A stretch of 64,000 bases of DNA from Spirochaetia bacterium (GTDB taxonomy: Bacteria > Spirochaetota > Spirochaetia > SP-2023), in assembly GCA_965225855.1 (NCBI GenBank), contig CBDDCK010000005.1:96001-160000 (forward strand), read 5' to 3'. The position numbers and the translations under genes are program-made. How positions within the stretch are numbered: the first letter of the stretch is position 1; each line of letters starts with the position of its first letter. Positions 19,232 to 30,600 of this stretch are shown here, in pieces. Below the pieces are notes generated by a model. The model searched no databases, had not been told where the DNA came from, and saw nothing but the letters and a program-made list of their open reading frames with translations.

Positions 19232-21619
19232 CTAACTTTTTAGTGTTTTGGCAAGCTCGATTATTTGCTTTAGCTCTTCAATCGGTAAGTCGCTGGAGTG
19301 TTTTTTGCTAAAAATAGTTGTCGGGCTGCGTTTTATGGTGTCTATCATTGCTGCTAATAACTTGGGCTGTAGTTTCGAGTCTGGGCTTTCTAGGTTTTCT
19401 ATTTCCTGTTTATAGGCAATATAAGATTTGGCAAATATGGTTTTGTGGGTATATTCTTGCAAAAGCATATTGGCCTCGCTCCTGCGTTTGGCAAAGAAAC
19501 TGGTAAGCCATATTATGGGGGCAAGCAAAGGCAAGGCAGTGAGTATAGTAGTAAGACTAAAAGAATCGTTATTCCAACCTATCTGCCATAAGGCTACAAC
19601 AATTAGCGCTCCTATTCCAATTATAAACAATCCTGTCCATATTCCTACACTCCACTTTAGTTTCTTTTGTTCCTTTTCATATTCTTCTGCCAACCCAATA
19701 CTGCGAGCCTCCCCAGATAAACGGTCAAATTCTACTTGTTTTTCTTTTATTTCAGCTATGGAAAGGTTTAGTTTTGCTTCTTTAAGTTTTGGGTTTAAAT
19801 TTAAGGTATTTTTATAGTCGGCTATGGCATCTGGATATTTTTCTTGTTCACTGTAAGCATTGCCTCTATTGGTATACGCATTAGCTTTCGTTTCATTATC
19901 TGTTGCTAACTCAATGGCTTGGTTAAAGTCGGCTATCGCTAGCTCGTATTCTTTTTGTTCTCTATAAGCATTCCCTCTGTTGTTATAAGCACTTGCTTTC
20001 GTTTCATTATTTGTTGCTAACTCAATGGCCTGGGTATAGTCTAATATGGCCTCTGCGGAATTTCCTTGTTTTTTGTAAGTAAGTCCTCTGTTATAATACG
20101 CATTGGCTTTGTCGTTGTTATCTGTGGCTAGCTCAATGGCTTTTGTATAATCCGCTAGCGCTAGCTCGTATTTTTCTTGTTCATCGTAAGCATTTCCTCT
20201 GTTGAAATACGCCTTTGCTTGAATATTATTGTCTGTAGATAAGCTAATGGCCTGTGTATAGTCCGCTATCGCTAGCTTGTATTCTTTTTGTTCATCGTAA
20301 GCATTTCCTCTGTTGAAATACGCCTTTGCTTGAATATTATTGTCTGTAGATAAGCTAATGGCCTCTTTAAAATCCGCTATTGCGGGCTCGTATTCTTTTT
20401 GTTCTCTATAAGCATTGCCTCTGTTGTTATAAGCACTTGCTTTCGTTTCATTATTTGTTGCTAACACAATAGCTTGGGTATAGTCGACTATGGCTTCTAA
20501 GTATTCTCCTTGTTTGTTGTAAGTATTCCTTCTGTTGGTATACGCCTTTGCTTGAATATTATTGTCTGTACCTAACTCAATGGCCTGTGTAAAATCCGCT
20601 ATCGCTAGCTCGTATTCATATATTTCGCTGTACGCATTGCCTCTGTTAATATACGCATTAGCTTTGTCGTTGTTATTCGTATATAAGCCAATAGCCTGGG
20701 TATAGTCGGCTATGGCTTCTGGGTATTCTCCTTGTTCGCTGTACGCATTGCCTCTGTTGTTATACGCAATTGCTTTTTCGTTATTATCCGTGAATAACTC
20801 AATGGCCTCTTTAAAATACGCTATCGCTGGCTCGTATTTCTTTTGTTCTCTATAAGCAACGCCTTTGTTAATATACGCATTAGCTTTGTCGTTGTTATTC
20901 GTATATAAGCCAATAGCCTGGGTATAGTCGGCTATGGCTTCTGGGTATTCTCCTTGTTCGCTGTACGCATTGCCTCTGTTGTTATACGCAATTGCTTTTT
21001 CGTTATTATCCGTGAATAACTCAATGGCCTCTTTAAAATACGCTATCGCTGGCTCGTATTTCTTTTGTTCTCTATAAGCAACGCCTTTGTTAAAATAGGC
21101 AGTTGCTTTCGTTTCATTATTTGTTGCTAACTTAATGGCCTGTTTGTAGTCCTCTATCGCTAGCTCGTATTTTCCTTGTTTTTTGTAAGTAATGCCTCTG
21201 CTGTTATAAGCATTTGCTTTAACATTATCATCTTTAGCTAGCTCAATGGCTTTTGTACAGTCCTCTATCGCTAGCTTGTATTCTCCTTGTTCACTGTAAG
21301 CATTGCCTCTATTGGTATACGCATTAGCTTTTTCGTTACTATCCGTATATCGCTTAATAACCTGTGTAAAATCCGCTATCGCTGACTCGTATTCTTTTTG
21401 TTCTAAATACGCAATGCCTCTGTTGCTATACGCCTTTGCTTTGTTGTTATTATCCGTGAATAGCTCAATGGCCTCTGTAAGATCTGCTATCGCTGGCTTA
21501 TATTCTTTTTGTTCTCCGTACCTAATGCCTCTAGCAAGATACGCCCCCGCCTTCTTTTCATTGGTAGAATTGGGGTTTTTAATAATCTTTGTGTATTTTT
21601 CTATTAAAGGGTTATTCAC
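19232..21619 (-). CDS. TPR-repeat protein (16 units) with C-terminal coiled coil plus 2-TM domain
   Basis: 37-aa TPRs including a near-exact 2-unit duplication; two hydrophobic helices followed by RRSEANMLLQEYTHK; GTGA overlap with mod. Confidence 0.85.
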   Translation of the reverse strand: MNNPLIEKYTKIIKNPNSTNEKKAGAYLARGIRYGEQKEYKPAIADLTEAIELFTDNNNKAKAYSNRGIAYLEQKEYESAIADFTQVIKRYTDSNEKANAYTNRGNAYSEQGEYKLAIEDCTKAIELAKDDNVKANAYNSRGITYKKQGKYELAIEDYKQAIKLATNNETKATAYFNKGVAYREQKKYEPAIAYFKEAIELFTDNNEKAIAYNNRGNAYSEQGEYPEAIADYTQAIGLYTNNNDKANAYINKGVAYREQKKYEPAIAYFKEAIELFTDNNEKAIAYNNRGNAYSEQGEYPEAIADYTQAIGLYTNNNDKANAYINRGNAYSEIYEYELAIADFTQAIELGTDNNIQAKAYTNRRNTYNKQGEYLEAIVDYTQAIVLATNNETKASAYNNRGNAYREQKEYEPAIADFKEAISLSTDNNIQAKAYFNRGNAYDEQKEYKLAIADYTQAISLSTDNNIQAKAYFNRGNAYDEQEKYELALADYTKAIELATDNNDKANAYYNRGLTYKKQGNSAEAILDYTQAIELATNNETKASAYNNRGNAYREQKEYELAIADFNQAIELATDNETKANAYTNRGNAYSEQEKYPDAIADYKNTLNLNPKLKEAKLNLSIAEIKEKQVEFDRLSGEARSIGLAEEYEKEQKKLKWSVGIWTGLFIIGIGALIVVALWQIGWNNDSFSLTTILTALPLLAPIIWLTSFFAKRRSEANMLLQEYTHKTIFAKSYIAYKQEIENLESPDSKLQPKLLAAMIDTIKRSPTTIFSKKHSSDLPIEELKQIIELAKTLKS

Positions 21620-23514
21620 GCCTTACCTCCCCGATAAAAACTTTCACTTAGTTTAATTTCTTTGTCCGTGCATGCAAAGCGCGTATCTTTGCGCTCGCTA
21701 TACGGCACATACAATTGGTTGAGTTCCAAAAAGTCTATCAATATTTGCCTTTGATCGTCTAGGCTTAGCGCAGCAAAATCTTCGGGGTTTTGTTGCACGG
21801 CTTCGGTGTTTAGGCGGTAGTCCAAATCGAGGTTTTGTAGTAACTCTTGCTGTATTTGCAACAATTGCTCTTTAGTGGTGGACTCCGCAATACGCTCTAT
21901 AAAATTTTGGTTGTGCGGTTTTAGCTCCAAATAGACAAAGCTGCCACCGCCGGCCCAGCCCACAGACTTACTTATGCCGCCCTGCTCGCCGGCAATTACT
22001 TTGGCAAGGCGCTCTACCGCAATAGTTTGTATATAGTCCATTTGTTCTATGCCGATATATTGCCGGCCCATTTTGTGGGCCACCGCCGCAGTCGTGCCAC
22101 TGCCAAGGCAAAAGTCTAGCACAATATCATTTTCTTTTGTGGCTATTTGCAAAATAGTATTTATTAACTTTTCAGGCTTAGGATTATCAAAAATATACTG
22201 TACATCAAACAATAATTTAAGCTCATTTGTTCCATCGGAAGTAGTGCCTTTGTCCAATAATAAACTGCGTGGCTTTTTACCTTCATTGAGTCTTTGTTTA
22301 AATCGAACACTCCATTCGTTATTGCCAACAAGTTTTTTAAATCCCACTTCTCCTTGTTTTAGCTTGATGTCAAAGGTTTCTTTAGCCCATAACCAGCGTT
22401 TCTTATTGCCATTTTTATCGTATTCTATGATTGTTCCATCGGGAGCTTCTATAGCATATTGTTTCCCTGAACCTGTGTTTCTTAAAAGTGTATCCCAAAA
22501 ATATTTACCTTTTTCATCTTCTTCACAATATCTTTTCAAGTAATTACTATCAAAATCTAAGAACCATTCTTGAATATTACTTTTATCTTTACAATATATC
22601 AATAAGTATTCATGCTCAATAGCCAGTTGCTTAGCATTATTACTTCCGCCTGCTTTCTTCTTCCATATAAGAGTCCCAACAAAATTCTCCCGCCCAAAGA
22701 CTTCGTCCATCAACACCTTTAAATAAGCCTGTTCGTTATCATCACACTGCACAAAAATCACGCCATCGTCTCGCAGCAGTTCGCGCGCTGCTTCCAGGCG
22801 ATTCTTCATAAAGACCAACCAAGTGCTGTGGTTAAAGTTATCGTTGTAGTGAAAGCTATCGTTGCCGGTGTTATACGGCGGGTCTATGTAGATGAGCTTA
22901 ACCTTTTTGGCAAATTGTTCCTTGATGGTATGCAACGCAATTAAATTGTTGCCCTTGATAATCAAATTATCGCTAATGGTATGATTGCTGTTATTGCGGT
23001 GAAAGTCCTTACATTCACTTGGGCCCTCCTTAGTGTAGCGGCGGGCATTGGTTAGCACCTTCGGGTCCAGCAAGCGGTCAAGTTGTTCTATGGCCAGTAT
23101 GCGGTGGTAGTAGCGTTCGCTGCGTTTGGCATCGTCTTTAGTTTGGCCACCTTCCAGTACACAATCTTTAAACGGAAAGGCCAGCACCACATCTTGGCTT
23201 TTCTTTAGATAGTCGTGCTCATCGTGCAAGCCGATTTTGTTACGATAGGCGGTGTAGCTATTGGCCACAAAGCGTTTGTGTTGTATGTAGTCGATAAAAT
23301 GGTCGCGCACAAATACGCTGTGCCCTTCGTGCTCAAAAAAGAACGCCTGCCGGGTAGCACTATTATCAAACAATAATTCTAGCAAATTGCGCTGGCACTG
23401 CTGGGCTAACTTGAACAATAAAGCCGTGTTCAGCTCGCCCTCTTGGTCTAAATAGTGCGGCTGGGCCTTTAGCAAAGCTTTTAAGGATTCTAGGCTTAGG
23501 GGCTGGCTTTTCAT
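21616..23514 (-). CDS. mod: Type III Mod methyltransferase, allele 2
   Basis: Same DPPY and FCLGSGT motifs; distinct central TRD. Confidence 0.93.
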   Translation of the reverse strand: MKSQPLSLESLKALLKAQPHYLDQEGELNTALLFKLAQQCQRNLLELLFDNSATRQAFFFEHEGHSVFVRDHFIDYIQHKRFVANSYTAYRNKIGLHDEHDYLKKSQDVVLAFPFKDCVLEGGQTKDDAKRSERYYHRILAIEQLDRLLDPKVLTNARRYTKEGPSECKDFHRNNSNHTISDNLIIKGNNLIALHTIKEQFAKKVKLIYIDPPYNTGNDSFHYNDNFNHSTWLVFMKNRLEAARELLRDDGVIFVQCDDNEQAYLKVLMDEVFGRENFVGTLIWKKKAGGSNNAKQLAIEHEYLLIYCKDKSNIQEWFLDFDSNYLKRYCEEDEKGKYFWDTLLRNTGSGKQYAIEAPDGTIIEYDKNGNKKRWLWAKETFDIKLKQGEVGFKKLVGNNEWSVRFKQRLNEGKKPRSLLLDKGTTSDGTNELKLLFDVQYIFDNPKPEKLINTILQIATKENDIVLDFCLGSGTTAAVAHKMGRQYIGIEQMDYIQTIAVERLAKVIAGEQGGISKSVGWAGGGSFVYLELKPHNQNFIERIAESTTKEQLLQIQQELLQNLDLDYRLNTEAVQQNPEDFAALSLDDQRQILIDFLELNQLYVPYSERKDTRFACTDKEIKLSESFYRGGKA

Positions 23515-23542
23515 GGTTTCTCCTATTTGTTTATACTGTATA

Positions 23543-23681
23543 ACGATAATTTATTTGCCTACAGTGGCCAAGCTCTCCCCGTATTTAGCCAAAGTTATTC
23601 CCGTATTTAGGGCGGGCTCTCCCCGTATTTGTCTAAAGCTCTGACCGTATTTAAGGCGGGCTCTTCCCGTATTTAGCCGGG
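23543..23681 (-). promoter_or_regulatory. Cassette promoter plus five 22-bp repeats
   Basis: TTGGCC-17-TATCGT; repeats at 23572-23681. Confidence 0.75.
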
Positions 23682-23701
23682 GCGCTTGGCGGGTAGCCAA
23701 A

Positions 23702-25534
23702 CTATGGCCATAATAACGGCAGTATGTTGTTTACGGGTGTATATTCTGTAAATTCTAAGTTAAAGAAACTTTTCCGTTTACTGGTAGTTTCAAAAAACTG
23801 TATATCTGGCAACAGTTGGCATAGTAATTCTTTGTCTTCATCTGGGGTTTGTAAGCCAAAGATGATTTTTTGAATCTTTGCGCCTGGGTAGATATTGCCC
23901 GGGCGGTTTGGGCTTTGCCGGCGGCCAAAGGCAATAAAGCGGCCTTCATGTTCGTATTCCCATTTTGTATATTTAATTGCAAACATATTTTCCAAACTGT
24001 TGGGTTGGGTATTGGTACTGTATTGCACCGGAGTATACAATATTTGCGCTTGCTCTTGCCCCTGCTTTTGTTCCAATAGTTCTTTGCCTATTTGATATTC
24101 TATACATATACCTTTGTGGGAGTCCGCATAATGGCTAAACAATAAAGTATTGTTTACTATATCGGTATATATTCCTTGATTATTTGGTTTATGTTCCGTA
24201 CTGGCAACTGTTAAAGAAAGTATCCTCGGCTCTAGTTTTCCTTGAAATATCTTGCGATATATACCTTGATGAAGAAACGGACATTCTAGCGGGTCATTCA
24301 GTGAAGCTATATCGCTAAAGTATACTTGCCCTTGTAGCAAAAGGTTTATGGTATTTTTATTAATTGGCCTAAACTTATAGCCTATTATAGGCTTAGCATT
24401 CTCCCTTGCTATTTTACATTGTAGCTCTATTCCTTGCTTAAAATCATTTATTGCTGATTCTTCATTCCCTTCTATTCCATAAGCAACACCCCTAATAATA
24501 TACGCTCTTGTATGAATATTATCATCTGTTATTAGCTCAATTGCCTCTGTAAAATCATTTATCGCTGTTTTGTATTTTCCTTGTTGTCCATAAGCAACGC
24601 CCCTGTCAAGATATGCTTTTGCTTTCGTCTCTTTATTTATAGCGAGCTCAATTGCCTCTGTAAAATCATTTATCGCTGTTTTGTATCTTCCTTGTTGTCC
24701 ATAAGTAGCTCCCCTACCCAAATATGCACTTGCTTTAATATTATCATCGGTAGCGAGCTCAATTGCCTTATTGTAATTATCTATTGCTTTATCGTATTCT
24801 ATTATTTCATAATAAGTATTGCCCCTATTGTAATATGCCTTTGCTTTAATATTATCATCTGTAGCGAGCTCAATTGCCTTTGTAAAATTGTCTACGGCTG
24901 GTTCGTATTTTCCTTGTTGTCCATAAGCAGCACCCTTACTCAAATACATATTTGCTTTAATATTATCATCTGTAGCGAGCTCAATTGCCTTTGTAAAATT
25001 GTCTACGGCTGGTTCATATTTTCTTTGTTCTACATATACATTGCCCCTATTGTAATACGCTTGCGCTTTAATATTATCATCTGTAGCGGACTCAATTGCC
25101 TTTGTAAAATTGTCTACGGCTGGTTCATATTTTCTTTGTTCTACATATACATTGCCTATATTAAAATACGCTTTTGCTTTAATATTATCATCTGTAGCGA
25201 GCTCAATTACCTTTATAAAATCGTCTATGGCTTGTTGGTATTCTTTTTGTTTTTCGTAAGCAATGCCCCTGTCAAGATATATATTTATTTTATTCTCTTT
25301 ATCTATAGCTAGTTCAAGTGCTTTCGTATAATCCGCTATTGATTTCTTGTATTCTTTTACTTCACAATATGCTTTACCTCTACCGTAATTCGCTATTGCT
25401 CTCTCTTGATCTGTAGCTTCAGTTGCGTTAATAACTAGCGTAAAATTATCTATAGCCTTTTGGTACTTTCCTTCGTTTAAATACCGCTTTGCCCTCTTAA
25501 AGTGAAATAGTATACCTTGCTTACCGTTACTCAT
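23702..25534 (-). CDS. TPR-repeat protein (about 10 units) with C-terminal DUF2971-like domain (type Y)
   Basis: GYKFRP, SLNDPLECPF, LFSHYADSHKGICIEY and KWEYEHEGR motifs; ATGA overlap with mod. Confidence 0.85.
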   Translation of the reverse strand: MSNGKQGILFHFKRAKRYLNEGKYQKAIDNFTLVINATEATDQERAIANYGRGKAYCEVKEYKKSIADYTKALELAIDKENKINIYLDRGIAYEKQKEYQQAIDDFIKVIELATDDNIKAKAYFNIGNVYVEQRKYEPAVDNFTKAIESATDDNIKAQAYYNRGNVYVEQRKYEPAVDNFTKAIELATDDNIKANMYLSKGAAYGQQGKYEPAVDNFTKAIELATDDNIKAKAYYNRGNTYYEIIEYDKAIDNYNKAIELATDDNIKASAYLGRGATYGQQGRYKTAINDFTEAIELAINKETKAKAYLDRGVAYGQQGKYKTAINDFTEAIELITDDNIHTRAYIIRGVAYGIEGNEESAINDFKQGIELQCKIARENAKPIIGYKFRPINKNTINLLLQGQVYFSDIASLNDPLECPFLHQGIYRKIFQGKLEPRILSLTVASTEHKPNNQGIYTDIVNNTLLFSHYADSHKGICIEYQIGKELLEQKQGQEQAQILYTPVQYSTNTQPNSLENMFAIKYTKWEYEHEGRFIAFGRRQSPNRPGNIYPGAKIQKIIFGLQTPDEDKELLCQLLPDIQFFETTSKRKSFFNLEFTEYTPVNNILPLLWP

Positions 25535-27432
25535 ACTTGGTCTCCCCGATAAAAACTTTCACTTAGTGTAATTTCTTTGTCCGTGCAATGAAAGCGCGTG
25601 TCGTTTCGTTCGCTATACGGCACATACAATTGGTTGAGTTCCAAAAAGTCTATCAATATTTGCCTTTGATTGTCTAGGCTTAGCGCAGCAAAATCTTCGG
25701 GGCTTTGCTTTATGGCTTCGGTATTTAGGCGGTAGTCCAAATCGGGGTTTTTGAGTAACTCTTGCTGTATTGCGCTAAGTTGTTCTTTGGTGCTGGCCTC
25801 GGTAATACGCTGTATAAAGGCTTGGTTGTGCTGTTTAAGCTCCAAATAGACAAAGCTGCCACCGCCTTGCCAAGCTACATTTTTGCTTATGCCGCCTTGC
25901 TCGCCTTCAATTACTTTGGTTAAGCGTTGTACCGCAATAGTTTGTATATAGTCCATTTGCTCTATGCCGATATATTGCCGGCCCATTTTGTGGGCCACCG
26001 CCGCAGTAGTGCCGCTGCCCAAACAAAAGTCTAAAATAATATCGCCTTGCTTGGTGGCGATTTGCAAAATACGCTCAAGTAATGTTTCAGGCTTAGGAGA
26101 TGAGAATATACCTCTTTCTAAGACTTCTCTTAATTCTTTATTAGCTTGACGTGTACTACCATAGTCTTCGTATTTCCAAAAGGTAGTTGGTCTCATAAAA
26201 TTACCCACATCAGACAGAAAAGTCTTTTTTTGTGGAACTTTTTTCTTAAAAGGGTCTAGTAGTAATCTTTGTTCTTCATCTAAAGTTTTTAGTGTATTTT
26301 TAGAAAATCTCCAAAAAGTCCCTTCTGGTGGAATATGCTTTTGTCCATTTGAGAAGGTATATTCAAATCTATTATTCTCATTACCACTCTTTGCATGTAA
26401 TGGAGTTAATAAATACTTTCCTCTAGGGTCATCATCTAAATTCTTATAATATGAATACTGTTTTTCTGTTTTTTCTATTCCATAAATAGATAATTCATTT
26501 ATTTGCTTAGCGTATGTATTGATAAATTCACAGTTAGAAGAGAAATACTTTGCATCGTTCTTTATTGTATCCATACCTTGCCACGCTATTAAAGAAACAA
26601 AGTTTTCCCGTCCAAAGACTTCGTCCATGAGGACTTTCAAATAAGCCTGTTCGTTGTCATCACACTGAACAAAAATCACGCCATCGTCTCTTAGCAGTTC
26701 GCGCGCTACTTCCAGCCGATTTTTGATAAATACTAACCACGTACTGTGGTTAAAGTTATCGTTGTACAAAAAGCTATCGTTGCCGGTGTTATACGGCGGG
26801 TCGATATAGATCAGCTGTACTTTTTTGGCAAACTGTTCCTTGATTGTGTGCAGGGCAATTAGGTTGTTGCCTTTAATAATCAAGTTATCCGTTATGGTGT
26901 TATCGCTTTTATTACGATTAAAGTCGGTAATCGGCTGGTGGCCTTCCTTATTGTAGCGGAGGGCATTGGTTAGCACTTTGGGGTCCAGCAAGCGGTCAAG
27001 TTGTTCTATGGCCAGTATGCGGTGGTAGTAGCGTTCGCTGCGCTTGGCATCGTCTTTAGTTTGGCCACCTTCCAGTACACAGTCTTTAAACGGAAAGGCC
27101 AGCACCACATCTTGGCTTTTCTTTAGATAGTCGTGCTCATCGTGCAAGCCGATTTTGTTACGATAGGCGGTGTAGCTATTGGCCACAAAGCGTTTGTGCT
27201 GTATGTAGTCGATAAAATGGTCGCGCACAAATACGCTGTGCCCTTCGTGCTCAAAAAAGAACGCCTGCCGGGTAGCACTATTATCAAACAATAATTCTAG
27301 CAAATTGCGCTGGCACTGCTGGGCTAACTTGAACAATAAAGCCGTGTTCAGCTCGCCCTCTTGGTCTAAATAGTGGTGTTGTGCCTTTAGTAAATTCTTT
27401 AGATATTCTAGGCTTAGGGGCTGGCTTTTCAT
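25531..27432 (-). CDS. mod: Type III Mod methyltransferase, allele 3
   Basis: DPPY and FCLGSGT motifs; distinct TRD. Confidence 0.93.
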   Translation of the reverse strand: MKSQPLSLEYLKNLLKAQHHYLDQEGELNTALLFKLAQQCQRNLLELLFDNSATRQAFFFEHEGHSVFVRDHFIDYIQHKRFVANSYTAYRNKIGLHDEHDYLKKSQDVVLAFPFKDCVLEGGQTKDDAKRSERYYHRILAIEQLDRLLDPKVLTNALRYNKEGHQPITDFNRNKSDNTITDNLIIKGNNLIALHTIKEQFAKKVQLIYIDPPYNTGNDSFLYNDNFNHSTWLVFIKNRLEVARELLRDDGVIFVQCDDNEQAYLKVLMDEVFGRENFVSLIAWQGMDTIKNDAKYFSSNCEFINTYAKQINELSIYGIEKTEKQYSYYKNLDDDPRGKYLLTPLHAKSGNENNRFEYTFSNGQKHIPPEGTFWRFSKNTLKTLDEEQRLLLDPFKKKVPQKKTFLSDVGNFMRPTTFWKYEDYGSTRQANKELREVLERGIFSSPKPETLLERILQIATKQGDIILDFCLGSGTTAAVAHKMGRQYIGIEQMDYIQTIAVQRLTKVIEGEQGGISKNVAWQGGGSFVYLELKQHNQAFIQRITEASTKEQLSAIQQELLKNPDLDYRLNTEAIKQSPEDFAALSLDNQRQILIDFLELNQLYVPYSERNDTRFHCTDKEITLSESFYRGDQV

Positions 27433-27460
27433 GGTTTCTCCTATTTAGTTATAGTATATA

Positions 27461-27577
27461 ATCATAATCAATTTACGTACAGTGGCCAAGCTCTCCCCGT
27501 ATTTAGCTTCGGCTCTGACCGTATTTGTCTAAAGCTCTGACCGTATTTAGGGCGGGCTCTTCCCGTATTTAGCCGGG
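27461..27577 (-). promoter_or_regulatory. Cassette promoter plus four 22-bp repeats
   Basis: TTGGCC-17-TATGAT; repeats at 27490-27577. Confidence 0.75.
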
Positions 27578-27628
27578 GTGGTTTGCGGGGGTAGCCAAAC
27601 TATGGCCATAATAACGGCGGTATGTTGT

Positions 27629-30600
27629 TTACGGTGTATATTTGGTAAACTCTAGGGTAAACAAACTTTCCGGTTTGCTTGTGGTTTCAAAAAACTGTAT
27701 GTCTGGCAACAGTTGGCATAGTAGCCGTTTGTCTTCTTTTGGGGTTTTCAGGCCAAAGATGATTTTTTGAATCTTTGCGCCGCCGTAGATGCCCGGTGGA
27801 AGTTTTTTGTCTTGCCGTTGGCCAAAGGCAATAAAGCGTCCTTCATGTTCGTATTGCCATTTGGGTTCTTTAATCGCAAATAAATTTTCAATACTGTGTG
27901 GTTGGGTATCGGTACTGTACTGCACCGGGGCATACAATATTTGCCCTTGCTGTAAAAACTGTCTCTCTATTTGATATTCAATGCAGATACCCCTGTGAGA
28001 GTCGGCATAATGGCTAAACAACAAAGTATTATTGACAATGTCGGTATATATTCCGTGCTCGTTTGGTTGATGTTCGGCCAAAGGAACAGAAAGGAAAAAT
28101 ATGCGCGGTTGATATGTATTTTGAAATACTTCTCTATAGTTATTATCCATATCAAGAAAGGGGCATTCCAATCGGTCATTGAGGGAGGCTATATCGCTAA
28201 AATATACCTGACCTTGCACCAAAAGGCTTATGGTATTTTTGTTCATCGGCTGAAACTTATAGCCAATTATGGTTGTATCGGTGTCTTTTGCCTTTTGGCA
28301 TTGTGTAGTAATCGCTTGTTCAAAGTCTTGCTTGGCTTTTTTGTGCTGTTGCATTACAGCATAGGTATTGCCTCTATTCCAGTATGCTTGCGCATAGTCG
28401 GCTTGTAGCCCAATAGCCTGACTAAAATCTGCTATCGCTTGTGGGTATTTTGCTGTTTTACAGTAGGCATTGCCTCTGTTGTTATAGGCCTGTGCTTTAG
28501 TTTGATTATTTGTTGCTAGCCCAATGGCCTGACTACAGTCTGCTATCGCTTGTGGGTATTTTGCTGTTTTACAGTAGGCATTGCCTCTGTTGCTATAGGC
28601 CTTGGCTTTGGTTTGATTATTTGTTGCTAGCCCAATGGCCTGACTACAGTCTGCTATCGCTTGTGGGTATTTTTGTTGTTGCAGGTAGGCATTGCCTCTG
28701 TTGCTATAGGCCTTGGCTTTGGTTTGATTATTTGTTGCTAGCCCAATGGCCTGACTACAGTCTGCTATCGCTTGTGGGTATTTTTGTTGTTGCAGGTAGG
28801 CATTGCCTCTGTTGCTATAGGCCTGTGCTTTGTGGTTGTTATCGGTGTATAAGCCAATGGCCTGTGTGTAGTCCGCTATCGCTAACTCGTATTGTTTTTG
28901 TTTTTTATAAGCATTGCCTCTGTTGCTATAGACCTGTGCTTTGTGGTTGTTATCGCTAGATAAGCTAATGGCCTGTGTGTAATCCGCTATCGCTTGTGGG
29001 TATTTTTGTTGTTTCTCATAAGTATTGCCTCTGTTGCTATAGGCCTTGGCTTGAATATTATTGTCTGTAGATAACTCAATAGCCTCTGTAAAATCTGCTA
29101 TCGCTAGCTCGTATTTTTCTTGTTCCCCGTAAATAGCTCCTCTGTTGGTATATACTTTGGCTTTGTCGTTGTTATCGCTAGATAAGCCAATGGCACGGGT
29201 AAAATCCGCTATCGCTTGTGGGTATTTTTGTTGTTTCTCATAAGCATTGCCTCTGTTGCTATAGGCCTTGGCTTGAATATTATTGTCTGTAGATAACTCA
29301 ATAGCCTCTGTAAAATCTGCTATCGCTAGCTTGTATTTTTGTTGTTGCAGGTAGGCATTGCCTCTGTTGCTATAGGCCTTGGCTTTGTCGTTGTTATCGC
29401 TAGATAAGCTAATGGTCTGGGTACAGTCTGCTATCGCTTGTGGGTATTTTTGTTGTTGCAGGTAGGCAGCGCCCCTGTTGCTATAGGCATTGGCTTTGTC
29501 GTTATTATTGGTAGCCAGCTCAATGGCCTGGGTAAAATCCTCTATCGCTTGTGGGTATTCTCCTTGTTTATGGTAAGTAAGGCCTCTGTTATAATAGGCC
29601 TTGGCTTTGTCGTTGTTATCGCTAGATAAGCCAATGGCTTGCGTACAGTCCGCTATCGCTTGTGGGTATTGTTGTTGTTGCAGGTAGGCAGCGCCCCTGT
29701 TGCTATAGGCCTTGGCTTTGTCGTTATTATTGGTAGCTAGCTCAATGGCCTGGGTAAAATCCTCTATAACTTGTGGGTATTCTCCTTGTTTATGGTAAGT
29801 AAGGCCTCTGTTATAATAGGCCTTGGCTTTGTCGTTGTTATCGCTAGATAAGCTAATGGCCTGTGTGTAATCCGCTATCGCTTGTGGGTATTTTTGTTGT
29901 TGCAGGTAGGCATTGCCTCTGTTGCTATAGGCATTGGCTTTGTCGTTATTATCGCTAGATAAGCTAATGGCCTGACTACAGTCCGCTATTGCTTGTGGGT
30001 ATTTTTGTTGTTGCAGGTAGGCATTGCCTCTGTTGCTATAGGCCTTGGCTTTGTGGTTGTTATCGCTAGATAAGCTAATGGCCTGACTATAATCCGCTAT
30101 CGCTTGTGGGTATTTTTGTTGTTTTTCATAAGCATTGCCTCTGTTGAAATAGGCCTGTGCTTTGTGGTTGTTATCGGTATATTGCTCAATCGCCTCTGTA
30201 AAATCCGCTATCGCTTGTGGGTATTTTGCTGTTTTACAGTAGGCATTGCCTCTATTGTGATACACTTTGGCTTTGTGGTTGTTATCGCTAGATAAGCTAA
30301 TGGCCTGGGTATAATCCGCTATCGCTAGCTCGTATTTTTGTTGTTTTTCATAAGCATTGCCTCTGTTGAAATAGGCCTGTGCTTTGTGGTTGTTATCGGT
30401 ATATCGCTCAATCGCCTCTGTAAAATCCGCTATTGCTTGTGGGTATTTTGCTGTTTTACAGTAGGCATTGCCTCTGTTGAAATAGGCCTGTGCTTTGTGG
30501 TTGTTATCGGTATATCGCTCAATCGCCTCTGTAAAATCCGCTATTGCGGGCTCATATTCTCCTTGTTCGCTGTAAGCAGAGCCTCTGCCGTTATAAGCCT